Part shown: piece by piece, positions 10,964-21,624 of the stretch
Layout of the letters: each line of letters opens with the position of its first letter
Position numbering within the stretch: position 1 is the first letter of the stretch
Assembly: GCF_030028105.1 (NCBI RefSeq)
Contig: NC_092370.1
Span: 201,172,005-201,236,004, forward strand
Length of the DNA stretch: 64,000 nucleotides
Origin: Mobula birostris
Lineage: Eukaryota
Direction of reading: 5' to 3'
Made by a program: the position numbers and the translations under genes
Notes under the pieces: model-generated
Databases searched by the model: none
What the model was told of the DNA's origin: nothing
What the model saw: the letters and a program-made list of their open reading frames with translations, nothing else

Positions 10964-13721
10964 CCTGCGCCTAGCATCTCTTTATGTACACACAATCATT
11001 CTATAAATACATAAAATCTATCTCATGCATTGATATTTATTGTGATGTACTATCATTATTATTATTATTATTGTGTTCTTTATCTTATTGTGTTTCTTCG
11101 TGCTGCATCAGATCTGGAGTGACAATCATTTCATTCTGTTCTGCACTTGTTACAGGAAATGGTATTAAGCAATCTTGGATCTTGAGTGTGTGGTGGTGGC
11201 AGGTACTCCCACGACATTTAAGAAGTTCCCAGACCAGCATTAGAAATGCCAAGGCATAGACAGGTACAGACCAAATGTCAGTCAATAAAAAAGGCATAGA
11301 TAGGTACTTGGTCAGCATGGGGATGGAAGGCTGAACTCCGTACGTGACTCTGATACTGTGATAAATTTGATAGAGGGACTGTATAATATTGCATTTTCTT
11401 GCAAACTGGTATAAAGAAATCTTCCCAATTGCAGCAAGCATTCCTGCACTAAAATAAAGGTGAAAGAAAAATATACTGATGTTCCTTCTACAGAAAAAGG
11501 TGGGAAATAGGGTAGATACAGGTCAAAGCTCCCTCTCACTGTCCCATCATGCACTCCCAGAAAAAATAGAAAAACTGGATCAGACACCAAATAGAGCTCC
11601 CCTTACAAAAAAAAAGAGAACTTCAAAAAAATCTGCTAGGGGATAAACAGCAGAAGAAATGCCCTCTTTTTTTTATTATTAACTTAAAACGTACAGTAGA
11701 TGGAAGTACAGCAGCTCACTCTGAATATTAAAGTGGCCTCTGCTCACTGCATTAACTCTGCTTCTATACTCTTTTTTTTCATCTTTATTTCTCTCTTACC
11801 TGTCTTGCAAATGAGGTCAACCAGAATGTTTTGAATTTCTATAGGTTGGCAAAATGCAGCTTAATCTAAAATGAATTCCTCTGACTGAATAATGGTCAGT
11901 AACTGTGTGGAAAATTGACTATTTCAGATGATTAAGTGCATCTTTGGCTGGAGCCATTAGGATTGGATCTAAATAGCTGGTCAACCATATGATTTCCTGA
12001 CTCTGGGCAAGTGAGCCTGCTGGAAATGCCAGCATTGTTCCGGTTGTCTGCCTCTGATAAGCCCACGTGGGTCAAGCAAATCTTTCTCCAGCACCATGAT
12101 GACAGATGCTTGAGATCAGTTTGGGAAGCAGGTAAGTGAAGGACAAGGAGAACACAAAGCATTCACTAAAACGAAGAAATATGGCAGAAACTAGGAAAAG
12201 ATCTGGAATATTTTGATCCCAAAACTGCTGCAAGTTTTTAATCAGAAAAAATTACCTCTATTGACAGATAACTAAGGCCATTAATTTCTAAACATCACAG
12301 AAAGTTATGAAATATTTTTCCTGTGAACAGAATCTATCATAGCCTCTACAATGGAAGAGGATAAAGAGATTCAGAATAGGCATAATTAATCACATATAAT
12401 TCTACATTCTAGCATTCTATAACTGAGTAACCGAGGTTCCAAGTCAAATGATACATGAGCAAGTCCACTGACGAGACAGCTACAACTGGGAGGCAAGGAG
12501 TTTTGATGGATTCAAACTTATTAAATGAGGTGGATTTTGCTCAACTATGATTTAAAGCATTACAGAGACAATTATTTCACCAAGGTTAATGGGCGAAAGT
12601 TATAGATGAATTATGCATAAGTATGCAAGCTGATAGCAGATCTGGAGATAAATCATTCAGATGAGACTAATGAAAGGAGCTGCCAACTTTAAGATGATCG
12701 TGGGGGAAATGGATGTAAGTCCATCGTTGACGTGCACAAAATCCAAACATTGACTTTGCATTTATTTAATTCTGCCAGTAACAGTAACATGTTAAGTGTA
12801 GATACACAGTTAAATGTTTCAACAGAGTTATTGAATTTTTTTGGCAGAATCATTGGAATACCATATGCTTTCCATCCCTTTGTAAAGTATTTGGGCTCTG
12901 TCATCATCTTGTCATTGTAATAGTCCTATAAGATTGGTGGCTCACATCTGGCTAGTTCATAATGTATGTTGTCAATTTAGAAATTTCATATAATTGATGT
13001 AAAAAGATATGGGACTGCAGTGAAAGATCTACAGATAACTGAAACAAAAGTATAGAACAATATGGGGTCGATCTAAAGTTCCAGATTTAACTTGCAATAG
13101 AACACATACTGCTGGCAGAATGTTGTTTCTGAAAGACTTTAATATTTTCCAGATTTAGAGGAAAATGCAACCAAAATGACTGCCCCACTCTGCAGGATGA
13201 TGGCAAGAAAACTGTGGTAACAGCACTTGATGAAACAATTTGTCCATCACTTCCAGAATGTAATCAGTAGTTAGGAAGTATGATTATAGGTATGTACACT
13301 CTAAAGGCACAAATGAATATGAAATTCATTGGAAAGACCAATAGAATAGTGAAAATCGTGTTTGTCACTAAATGTATTTTCACTACATTTCAGTACATGC
13401 TATTTTCATTTAGAGATTAAAATAACATGGGAATATAGAAAAAAAGGTTGAGAAATGTGTAGAAATGTGGAGATATTTTAAACTGAGCTGTAGAAAAAAT
13501 GATTAACTTGCACAGATAGAACTCATTTGGTGAACTTACTACCCCATGATGCAATGTGTTCAGCAGAACAACCCTAGAAGGGATCCCAACTTCATATTTC
13601 AGTTTGTTCTCAGTAAAAAATATCAGAGAGGGGGTAGGTGAAGTTGTTGCTGTTGGGACAGTTAAAATTAGTTAAGTACCTACTATCATCAGTTGCTAGT
13701 CATCTTTATTTGATCCTCCTC

Positions 13722-14110
13722 TGTTACGTTACATCACAAGGTTCACGGACCACCTTGGTAATGCAGAAAGACACAATCTCCTTTTACCTACTTATAACTA
13801 CAAAACTTTGTTATGGCAGAATAGCAAATATTAAAACATTTACCTAAGTGTGAGTGGGCCCTCTCACTAAAGCACACCTCCCACTCAATCCTTGGTGCAG
13901 TCCGCAACCAGCCCATCAGTGCGGCCTCGAAAATCTGCTTCCAACCACTCTACCCATTCCACTGATATGAAATGCTGCAGTGTGCTCCCATACAATAGCA
14001 CCGGCTGAAACCACTGAACCAGGTGTGTTGGATTCTCACGGCCCCAGTCACACACACTCAAGGCCACAGTGGTGAAGGTATTCGACAAGCACAAAGATTA
14101 GCCCTTTACA
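13722..14110 (-). repeat. ERV 3' LTR
   Basis: Colinear with 18110-18598 (agaatagcaaa.attaaaacattta; caaccagcccatcagtg; ccctttaca); on the minus strand preceded by PPT-like caaagggtgga. Confidence 0.8.
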
Positions 14111-14189
14111 ATAGATTCCACCCTTTGAACGTTGCAACCCCGCTACATCTGCCCCAGAGGCTTTAATGCATCCCTCATGGATGCCCCAC

Positions 14190-14844
14190 TTTATTACAAC
14201 CAAAATGCAAAATTGCTAAACATAAAAGCAAAATGTCTACAGGAGCACCCCAGTGCACAACGGTAGCCCACTAGCCTCCAGGCATTCCAAAAAGGCCACC
14301 AACTCCCTCTCAGGGTGTAATATTCTACATTACACATCTTATCCACTGACCGTTGGATATGGTCAGCCAAATTTGTTATATTCGCTGATTCATCAGGGAT
14401 GTACATACAATGCTCCTGGCCCTATTATGGCACAGGTACCCAGGATATAATCCAATGCCATTGTATTCTCTCTGAGGCCATTAAGATGATCTCCCTATAT
14501 AACAAGGCAATACCATATGGGGGGAAAAGACAACATCCAATTTGTGGGTTGGGTGGTCGACTAGATCATCAATGTGATACCCATAGAGCACAGGAAACCA
14601 GGTAGCAGCAGCAAGACCAACCCGTGGGGAGCCAAAGTTAAGGACCAGAGCCGCACACCCAGAGCGTGCCATTCAATGTGGGAAACAAACGTGTCTCAAA
14701 GCAGTATGTTCTCACAGTAGTAGTGTCACACTGCTTTGTACCATTAAGGTGCATAAAGGTACAAGAGCTACTTCCCATCAGAACCAGCCCTTCATAATGA
14801 CAATCGCAATTATTCCTGGATTGCAGTAGTACATTCAACGTTGG
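14190..14844 (-). pseudogene. env: Retroviral env remnant (SU C-terminus and gamma-type TM)
   Basis: FPTLNGTLWVCGSG.LWLPTGWSCCCYL; ENTMALDYILGTCAIIG / EHCMYIPDESANITNLADHI (ISD and degenerate CX6CC, with a frameshift). Confidence 0.75.
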
Positions 14845-15467
14845 TACATAGAACATAGAAATCTATAGCACATTACATTGTGCCGACCATGTAACCTACT
14901 CTAGAAGCTACCTAGAATTTCCCTGCTGCAGAGCCCTCTATTTTTCTAAGCTCCATGTACCTATCTAAGAATCTCTTAAAAGGCTCTATTGTACCTGCCT
15001 CTACCACCGTCACTGGCAGTGCATTCCACACACCCACCACTCTCTGTGTGAAAAACTTACCTCTGACATCCCCCTTGTACTTACTTCTATGCACCTTAAA
15101 ACTTTGCCCCCTTGTGTTAACCATTCAGCCCTGGGAAAAAGCCTCTGGCTATCCACTCGATCAATGCATCTCATCATCTTATACACCTCCATCAGGTCAC
15201 CTCTCATCCTCCATCACTCCATGGAGAAAAGGCCAAGTTCACTCAACCTATCCTCATAAGACATGCTCTACAATCCAGGCAATATCCTTGTAAATCTCCT
15301 CTGCACTGTAAAGTATCCACATCCTTCCTCTAGAGAGGTGACCAGAACTCCAGTGCTCCAAATGGGGTCTAACTAAGGTCTTGTATAGCTGTAAAATTAC
15401 TTGAACTCAGTCCCACAGTTGATGAAGGCTAACACACCATACGCCTTCTTAACAACACTGTCAACAC
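14845..15467 (-). mobile_element. CR1 LINE 3' fragment inserted in the ERV
   Basis: MRGDLMEVYKMMR; FFTQRVVGVWNALP; tail catagaacatagaa; TSD cgttgg at 14839-14844 and 15468-15473. Confidence 0.9.
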
Positions 15468-15539
15468 CGTTGGCACTGGTCTTCGTCTGTTCAGATGCCA
15501 GTACATACCATTCCTAAAACAAGCTCATGGTGGATTTAT

Positions 15540-16330
15540 TCCGTGCCCTGCAACTCTCAAGCTATAAGGCCATGGCACAAGTTTGGGTTGTGCACATATC
15601 CCTGGGGAAGATGACAAAAGGTATACTGTCTCCTTTCCCATGTAAAGGCAAACTGGTCTTGTGACTAGGGACTCAAGGGAATAGAAAAGAAAACATTGGC
15701 CAAATCTACTACAAAGTACCAATGTTTCCCTTCCCTACCTCCTATGTCCTGTGCAATGGTCACTGCACCTAGGACAGCTGCTGTGAGGGGCGGGCGTGCT
15801 TATTCAACTGCCTAAAGTCTATCGTCACTCACCAGGTTCCATCCCCCTGCCGCACTGGCCACATGGGACTAATATAGGGGAACATTGCCAGCTGAATAAA
15901 CTTCCCCCCCTCCTTCAACGTGTTTCTCCGATCTCCTTGATGCCACCTGGGATGGGGTACTGCCTGATGTTCAGGACCTTGGTCAAGAGGCAGGTTGTGA
16001 GAGGCTCCCACTTGGCCAGTCCCACCAGCACTGTCACTCCAGCCACCCCAAAAGTAAACTCTGCAGAACAAAAAATTGTTTTGCAGGGACCTATCTTTCA
16101 GCACATTCATAGGCAAAATACAATCGGGAATGCCACAACCAGCCCAGACATAGGTCCTGGTTGTTCTGATAGCTGCCCTTACTGTAACTATCCAGGCTGA
16201 AATGAGTAACCCTCCCAGCCCTTCTATCATCACCTGGGGCTCTGGGATAATCGTGTGTTCAGCCTCATTATCAATGTGCCAACCGTCATTGTGCATTTCC
16301 CCTTCCAGTGGACCACAATAGATACGTAAG
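15540..16330 (-). pseudogene. pol: ERV pro-pol remnant (protease and RT N-terminal half)
   Basis: IDNEAEHTIIP (degenerate DTGA); SPMWPVRQGDGTW*VTIDFRQLNK; WYFVVDLANVF / FSIPLSP*SQDQFAFTWERRQYTFCHLPQG / YVHNPNLCHGL, matching remembered ERV-L/S RT motifs. Confidence 0.85.
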
Positions 16331-16399
16331 GCCTCAGGCCTCCCGGCTAAGAAAGAGTCACTGAATATATACACTAGGAGCCCTGGCCATACTCCCATA

Positions 16400-17450
16400 G
16401 GAGCAGAGTGCCAGGTGTTGGGGAGCTATCTGCAATGCCTCAAGGGAGGTGTATCAGGAGTTGGAGATCAGCACAGGTCTCCTTCTCTCCTGCAGCTCCT
16501 CTCCCTTCCTATTTTAACAATAAAGCACACAAAGCAGTAGCAGGTATCCCGTCCTTCCGTTCCTTCACGATGCCTGTCTTGAGCAGAGCTAAAAGCATCT
16601 CCATACCAGTCAGGTGGTAGCACCCCCCCCCCCACTTCTTTATCTTTTTTTTGTCTTCCTCACCTGGCTACAAGCCCTGCTTACATGTACCAACCTCTCC
16701 AAGAGTCCGGTAGCCAAACCTACTGTCCTCCCTTCCACCGGCCCTGAAAGGGGCAGCATCTTTCCCTTCAAATGGAGGGCTGCCATTTTTACCAGGTACC
16801 CTACCATGGTCAGGGAGAACTTCTGATCCTCCAGCGGGTCATCCCCACCCCCATAAGCCCCAGTGATCAGGGCCCACTGACGAAGAGCCTCAGTCCCCTC
16901 CTCCACTGTGTTCCACAGTTCTTGACAGTCTAAATCCCAGTCTAACAGGGAGGGATGCTTACCCTTTACTGCAGCTGCTACTCTCTACCACAAAGATTTA
17001 TACTCTCTGACCATTCCCCCATAGGATATTGCTTGCCCCATGGTTTGATGGCAATCCTCCCAGGGCACCCATTTCTCAGTTGGATAAGATCATTCCACCT
17101 CCGCTCACGGCTCGTATCCTTAACAAGTACTCTGCTAATGGTTCCTGCAATTACTGTCTGATCCGATCCTCCAACTCCATCAATTCCTTGGAGGAGTAGT
17201 TCTTAGTCAACCACTGCGGTGGCCACCATTTCGGATCTCCACTCTTGCACTTTCCCTAGCTGGATGACACATTGGCCCGGTGTATCAGGCTGCCCCACAG
17301 GATGACAGGGGCTTGGAGAGGGAGGTTGGTCAGGCCCGGTTTCTGTGGACATAATAACCCTAGTTAGTTGTGTTCTTAAGGACTTGGGGGGCAGAGGAAG
17401 GAAAGTGACTTTCCACCCTATAATCCCAATCCTCACCATCAAACTAAATA
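16400..17450 (-). pseudogene. gag: ERV gag remnant, class III type
   Basis: RQ*LQEPLAEYLLRIRAVSGGGMILSN*EMGALG and C-terminal MLLALLKTGIVKERKDGIPATALCALL resemble ERV-L/S Gag motifs; no zinc knuckle seen. Confidence 0.65.
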
Positions 17451-18080
17451 TCTGCATCCTTGAGTATCTAGGTCATCGCCCCATAAAATAAGAGCTCAGA
17501 TCTTCACTGGGTCCAATTGCTAATTGGCCCTTCGACCTATTTCCTGCTTCTGGATCTTGGTCAGGTAACAGGTGATATCGATACTCTTTTTCTCCATCTC
17601 TTTAATGCAGATCTGTGGTCATGCTGCACTGATTCAATCTCCCCACCTTGTGTTCAAGAATCTCTATCTCCTCCTCTTTCCAAGAGATTGGTTTATGATG
17701 GATGCCAGCAGCCCTCTCTGGCTGCCCTTCTTGTCCAGGCACCTTAACCCCTTTAGTATGGATATGAGATGGTGTCCCATCTTTACCCTTGTATGTCCAG
17801 CTTGTCTGTCCAGTCCACTAGCACACCATGTTCTGCGAGCAAACTGGCCAGGCTGCCAAACCCATGGTTTGATGGCAATCCTCACACAGCTCCCAATTCC
17901 CAGTCGGATAAGATCACTCCACCTTCTCCCAGAGCTCATATCCTTAACAAGCTCTCTGTTAATGGCTCCCAGTTATCAGTCCACCCTGGTACTTGGTATT
18001 CTTCACCAAGGGGGTCTTCCTTCTTACTCTTACTCCTAAACATTTTTTGCAAGCATATTTGCTTTCTCTCACACCTGCCA

Positions 18081-18101
18081 GATCCTTAGCCGACAAAGCC
18101 A
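18081..18101 (-). promoter_or_regulatory. Degenerate tRNA-Ser primer binding site
   Basis: Minus strand tggctttgtcggctaaggatc versus tRNA-Ser complement tggcgtagtcggcaggattc, a few nt downstream of the 5' LTR. Confidence 0.6.
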
Positions 18102-18109
18102 AAATATTA

Positions 18110-18598
18110 TGTTACACCAAAATGTTCACAGAATGGCTCAGTAAGGCGGAAAGATACAAACTCCAATTATCTACTCAGAGCTACAAAACGTTGCTTATTA
18201 GGACAGAATAGCAAACATTAAAACATTTATCCAGGTGTGCATATGCTCTTGTCACTGTAGCATACCTCCCACTTGATCCACAGTGCCATTCACAACCAGC
18301 CCATCAGTGAGGCCTTGACAACCTACCGTCGACCACTCTACTTTTATACCCATTCCACTAATATGAAATGCTTCAGAAGCGGGCCAGTACATTAGTACCA
18401 ACTCAAACCACCAAACCATAACCAACCATCACTTGTCACCACAACTCACTAATCCTGCCCCTGTGTTCACCTGATTTTCATGTTCTAGTGGTTGTATTCC
18501 CACAGTAGTATTGAATTCTCATGGTGTAACACATTCTCACGTACGCTCAAGGCCATAGCGATGAAGACATTCACCAAGCACAAAGGTGAACCCTTTAC
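18110..18598 (-). repeat. ERV 5' LTR
   Basis: Minus strand begins TGTAAAGGG and ends GTAACA; homologous to 13722-14110 with ~100 extra bp. Confidence 0.8.
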
Positions 18599-19464
18599 AA
18601 TACACCCTTATGCATCAAGATTGGGGAAGGATTGAGCGTGACTGTTAGGCAGCATTCCAAAATTCACCACTTGTAGGGCAACTAACACTGGGAAGTTTGA
18701 TGAGGTATCTGAAAGCCACTGTGCCTGTGAAACGTTGCCTGCCCAGTATCAGTGTTTCTTGAAAAGAAAGAGGAGAAATATGTTGTGCAAGAAGGGACCA
18801 GAAATATTAGTTTCTAGTTACTTCGGAAACCAATTAGACCTTTTCAACTTGCCTTTACCCATGTCACTGTTTTACCTTCTGTAATCACTCTTTCAGTCAC
18901 CATACTCTAATCTGAAGCTTTCTCCCTGAATCTCATACTTTCTAACTTCAAAACCTTCCAAAGTACTCTCTTGCACTATGTTTTTGACCTCATCCTTTTC
19001 TTATTTATCTTCTCTTCCCAGCTGTTTGTAAAGTACCTTTGCCAAGGAGTTCACCCAAGTCAACTATATGTGCTATATAATAATATAGACTCTGAGATTT
19101 TCCTTCATCATTAGCTGTTACTATTCATTATCACTGAATAGGGGTAATAATCTGGGCATTTCAGTCTACCTAAGGGCCATAAAAATATAAATACATTTAT
19201 TCATTTGAAGTACTAGCAAAACCCACCTGGCAATGTTCATTGTCACAATGTGCACTGCCAAGTGCGGTGGAAAGACAGACTCCCCATGTAGAGACAGCAG
19301 AGTTAATACATAAGAATTCCAACAGAGCATCGGTTGCTCGACCAGGCGACACCAACGAGACAAATATCCTCCAAACTAGGACACAGCGATAAACCCTAAG
19401 GAATGACCACTTAATTAGAACAGGTGACCCAGAAACCCCAAGCTAACAAGGTTAAACAATTAAT

Positions 19465-19600
19465 GACAAACAAGATAAAATCTGCAGATGCTGGAAATCC
19501 AAGCAACACACACAAAATGCAGGAGGAACTCAGCAGGCCAGACAGCATCTATGGAAAAGAATACAGTCGACGTTTCGGGCCGAGACCTTTCATCATGATT
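19465..19600 (-). mobile_element. Penelope-like terminal fragment with mutated hammerhead
   Basis: tctgcagatgctggaaatccaagcaacacac...gtcgacgtttcgggccgagacc; core reads atgatga instead of ctgatga. Confidence 0.75.
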
Positions 19601-21624
19601 TTCAAGAGGATGATCTAACAGAGGAAAGTCACAGTGGTCAGGTCTGTGATACTGAATCTGACTCTGTGATTCAGAAAGGAAGGGGGTAGAAGAGGTATGC
19701 TGTGGTGATTAGTTAGGAATCAAAAGGTTGAGCATGGTGCAACTTGTGTCCTGGGCTGTCTATATTTAAATGCAAGAAGTAACATAGGAAAAGAGGATAA
19801 TAGTACTGAAGATGGGGTAGCAGGTTTACATACAGAAGCAATTTGTAGTGAGGGGAGGCTGTAGATAGGGCAAAATTGCAGTCAACAGGATGAGTTGCAA
19901 TGTGAAAGGCAGACAACATCGAAAAGAGTGAATACAGGGCTGAAGGTGTTGTATCTGAATACGTGCAGTACGCAGAATAAGGTTGATGAAATTGTAGCAC
20001 AGTTGCAGATTGGCAGGTATGATGTTGTAGGCATAACTGAACCATGGCTGAAAGATTATAACTCGGAGTTTAATGTCCAAGGATACACATTGTGTCAAAA
20101 GAATAGGCAGGAAGGCAGAGGGTGCGGCATTGCTCTGTTGGTAAAAGTTGAAATCAAATCATTCGAAAGAGGTGACATACAGTCCGAAGATGTTGAATCA
20201 TTGTGAATAGAGCTAAGGAACTGTAAAGGTAAAAAGACACTGATGGGAGTTGTATACAGACCCCCAAACAGTACTAAGGACGTGTCCTAAAATTTACAAC
20301 AGGAGATAGAAATGCATGCCAAAAGGGCAATGTTACAATCGTCATGGGGGACTTCAATATGCAGATAAATTGGTAAAATCAGGTTGGTGTTGAATTACAG
20401 GAGGGGGAATTTCTAGAGGGCTTACATGATGACTTTCAGAGCAGCTCGTGGCCGAGCCTACTAGCGAATCAGCTATTCTGGATTAGGTGATGTGCAATGA
20501 ACCGGAATTGATTAGAGTCCTTAAGATAAAAGAACCCTTAGGGGAAAGTGATCATAATATGATTGAATTCACCCTGAAATTTGAGAAGGAGAAGCTAAAG
20601 TCAGATCATAGTCATACTTTATTGATCCCGGGGGAAATTGGTTTTCGTTACAGTTGCACCATAAATAATAAATAGTAATAAAACCATAAATAGTTAAATA
20701 GTAATATGTAAATTATGCCAGGAAATAAGTCCAGGACCAGCCTATTGGCTCAGGGTGTCTGACCCTCCAAGGGAGGAGTCGTAAAGTTTGATGGCCACAG
20801 GCAGGAATGACTTCCTATGGCGCTCTGTGTTGCATCTCGGTGGAATGAGTCTCTGGCTGAATGTACTCCTGTGCCCACCCAATACATTATGTAGCGGATG
20901 GGAGACATTGTCCAAGATGGCATGCAACTTGGACAGCATCCTCTTTTCAGACACCACCGTCAGAGAGTCCAGTTCCATCCCCACAACATCACTGGCCTTA
21001 CGAATGAGTTTGTTGATTCTGTTCGTGTCTGTTACCCTCAGCCTGCTGCCCCAGCACACAACAGCAAACATGATAGCACTGGCCACCACAGATGTATTAG
21101 TATTACAGTGGAGTAAAGGGAATTATGGAAGCATGAGAGAGGAGATGGCCAGAATTGATTGGAAAAGAACACTGGCAGGGATGATGGCAGAGAAGCAATG
21201 GCTGGAATTTCTGGAAGCAATTCAGAAGTCACAAGATATATACATCCCAAAGAGGAAGAAGTATTCTAAAGGCAAAATGAAACAACTGAGGCTAATAAGA
21301 GAAGTCAAATCCAACATAAAATCCAAAGAGAGGGCATATAATAGAGCAAATCCTGGTGGGAATTTCAAGGATTGGGAAGCTTTTAAAAACCAACAGAAGG
21401 CAACTAAAAAAGTCATTGAAAAGGTAAAGATGTAATATGAAAATAAGCTAGCCAATAATATTAAAGAAGAGAGCAAAAGTTTCTTCAGATACACAAAATG
21501 TAAAAGAGAGGCAAGAGTGGATATTGGACTTCTAGAAAACAATGCTGAAAGATAATAATGGGGGACAACAAAATGGCGGACGAACTGAATAAGTATTTTG
21601 TATCATTCTACACTGTGGAAGACA
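19600..21624 (+). mobile_element. CR1 LINE 5' part (APE endonuclease region), interrupted
   Basis: LKVLYLNTCSTQNKVDE, YDVVGITEPWL, VMGDFN, EPLGESDHNMIEF. Confidence 0.85.
20607..21088 (-). mobile_element. Young Rex1-type LINE 3' fragment inserted in CR1
   Basis: Open C-terminus ...ILDNVSHPLHN...TERHRKSFLPVAIKLYD; cagat duplicated at 20602-20606 and 21089-21093. Confidence 0.85.

Larger units (their letters stand above)
9250..11185 (+). mobile_element. Rex1/Babar LINE fragment hosting two younger insertions
   Basis: LFLDFSSAFNTIAP, GAPQSCVLSPL, FADD; 3' UTR split by insertions at 10280-10495 and 10551-10963. Confidence 0.85.
13722..18598 (-). mobile_element. Degenerate endogenous retrovirus, class III (ERV-S/ERV-L-like) with gamma-type env; internally deleted
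   Basis: Paired diverged LTRs, PBS, gag, pro, RT N-half, env and a purine-rich tract in retroviral order. Confidence 0.85.

Noticed and set aside
20788-21435. 215-aa plus-strand ORF
   Set aside because: Chimera of antisense Rex1-type sequence and CR1 ORF2 across an insertion junction
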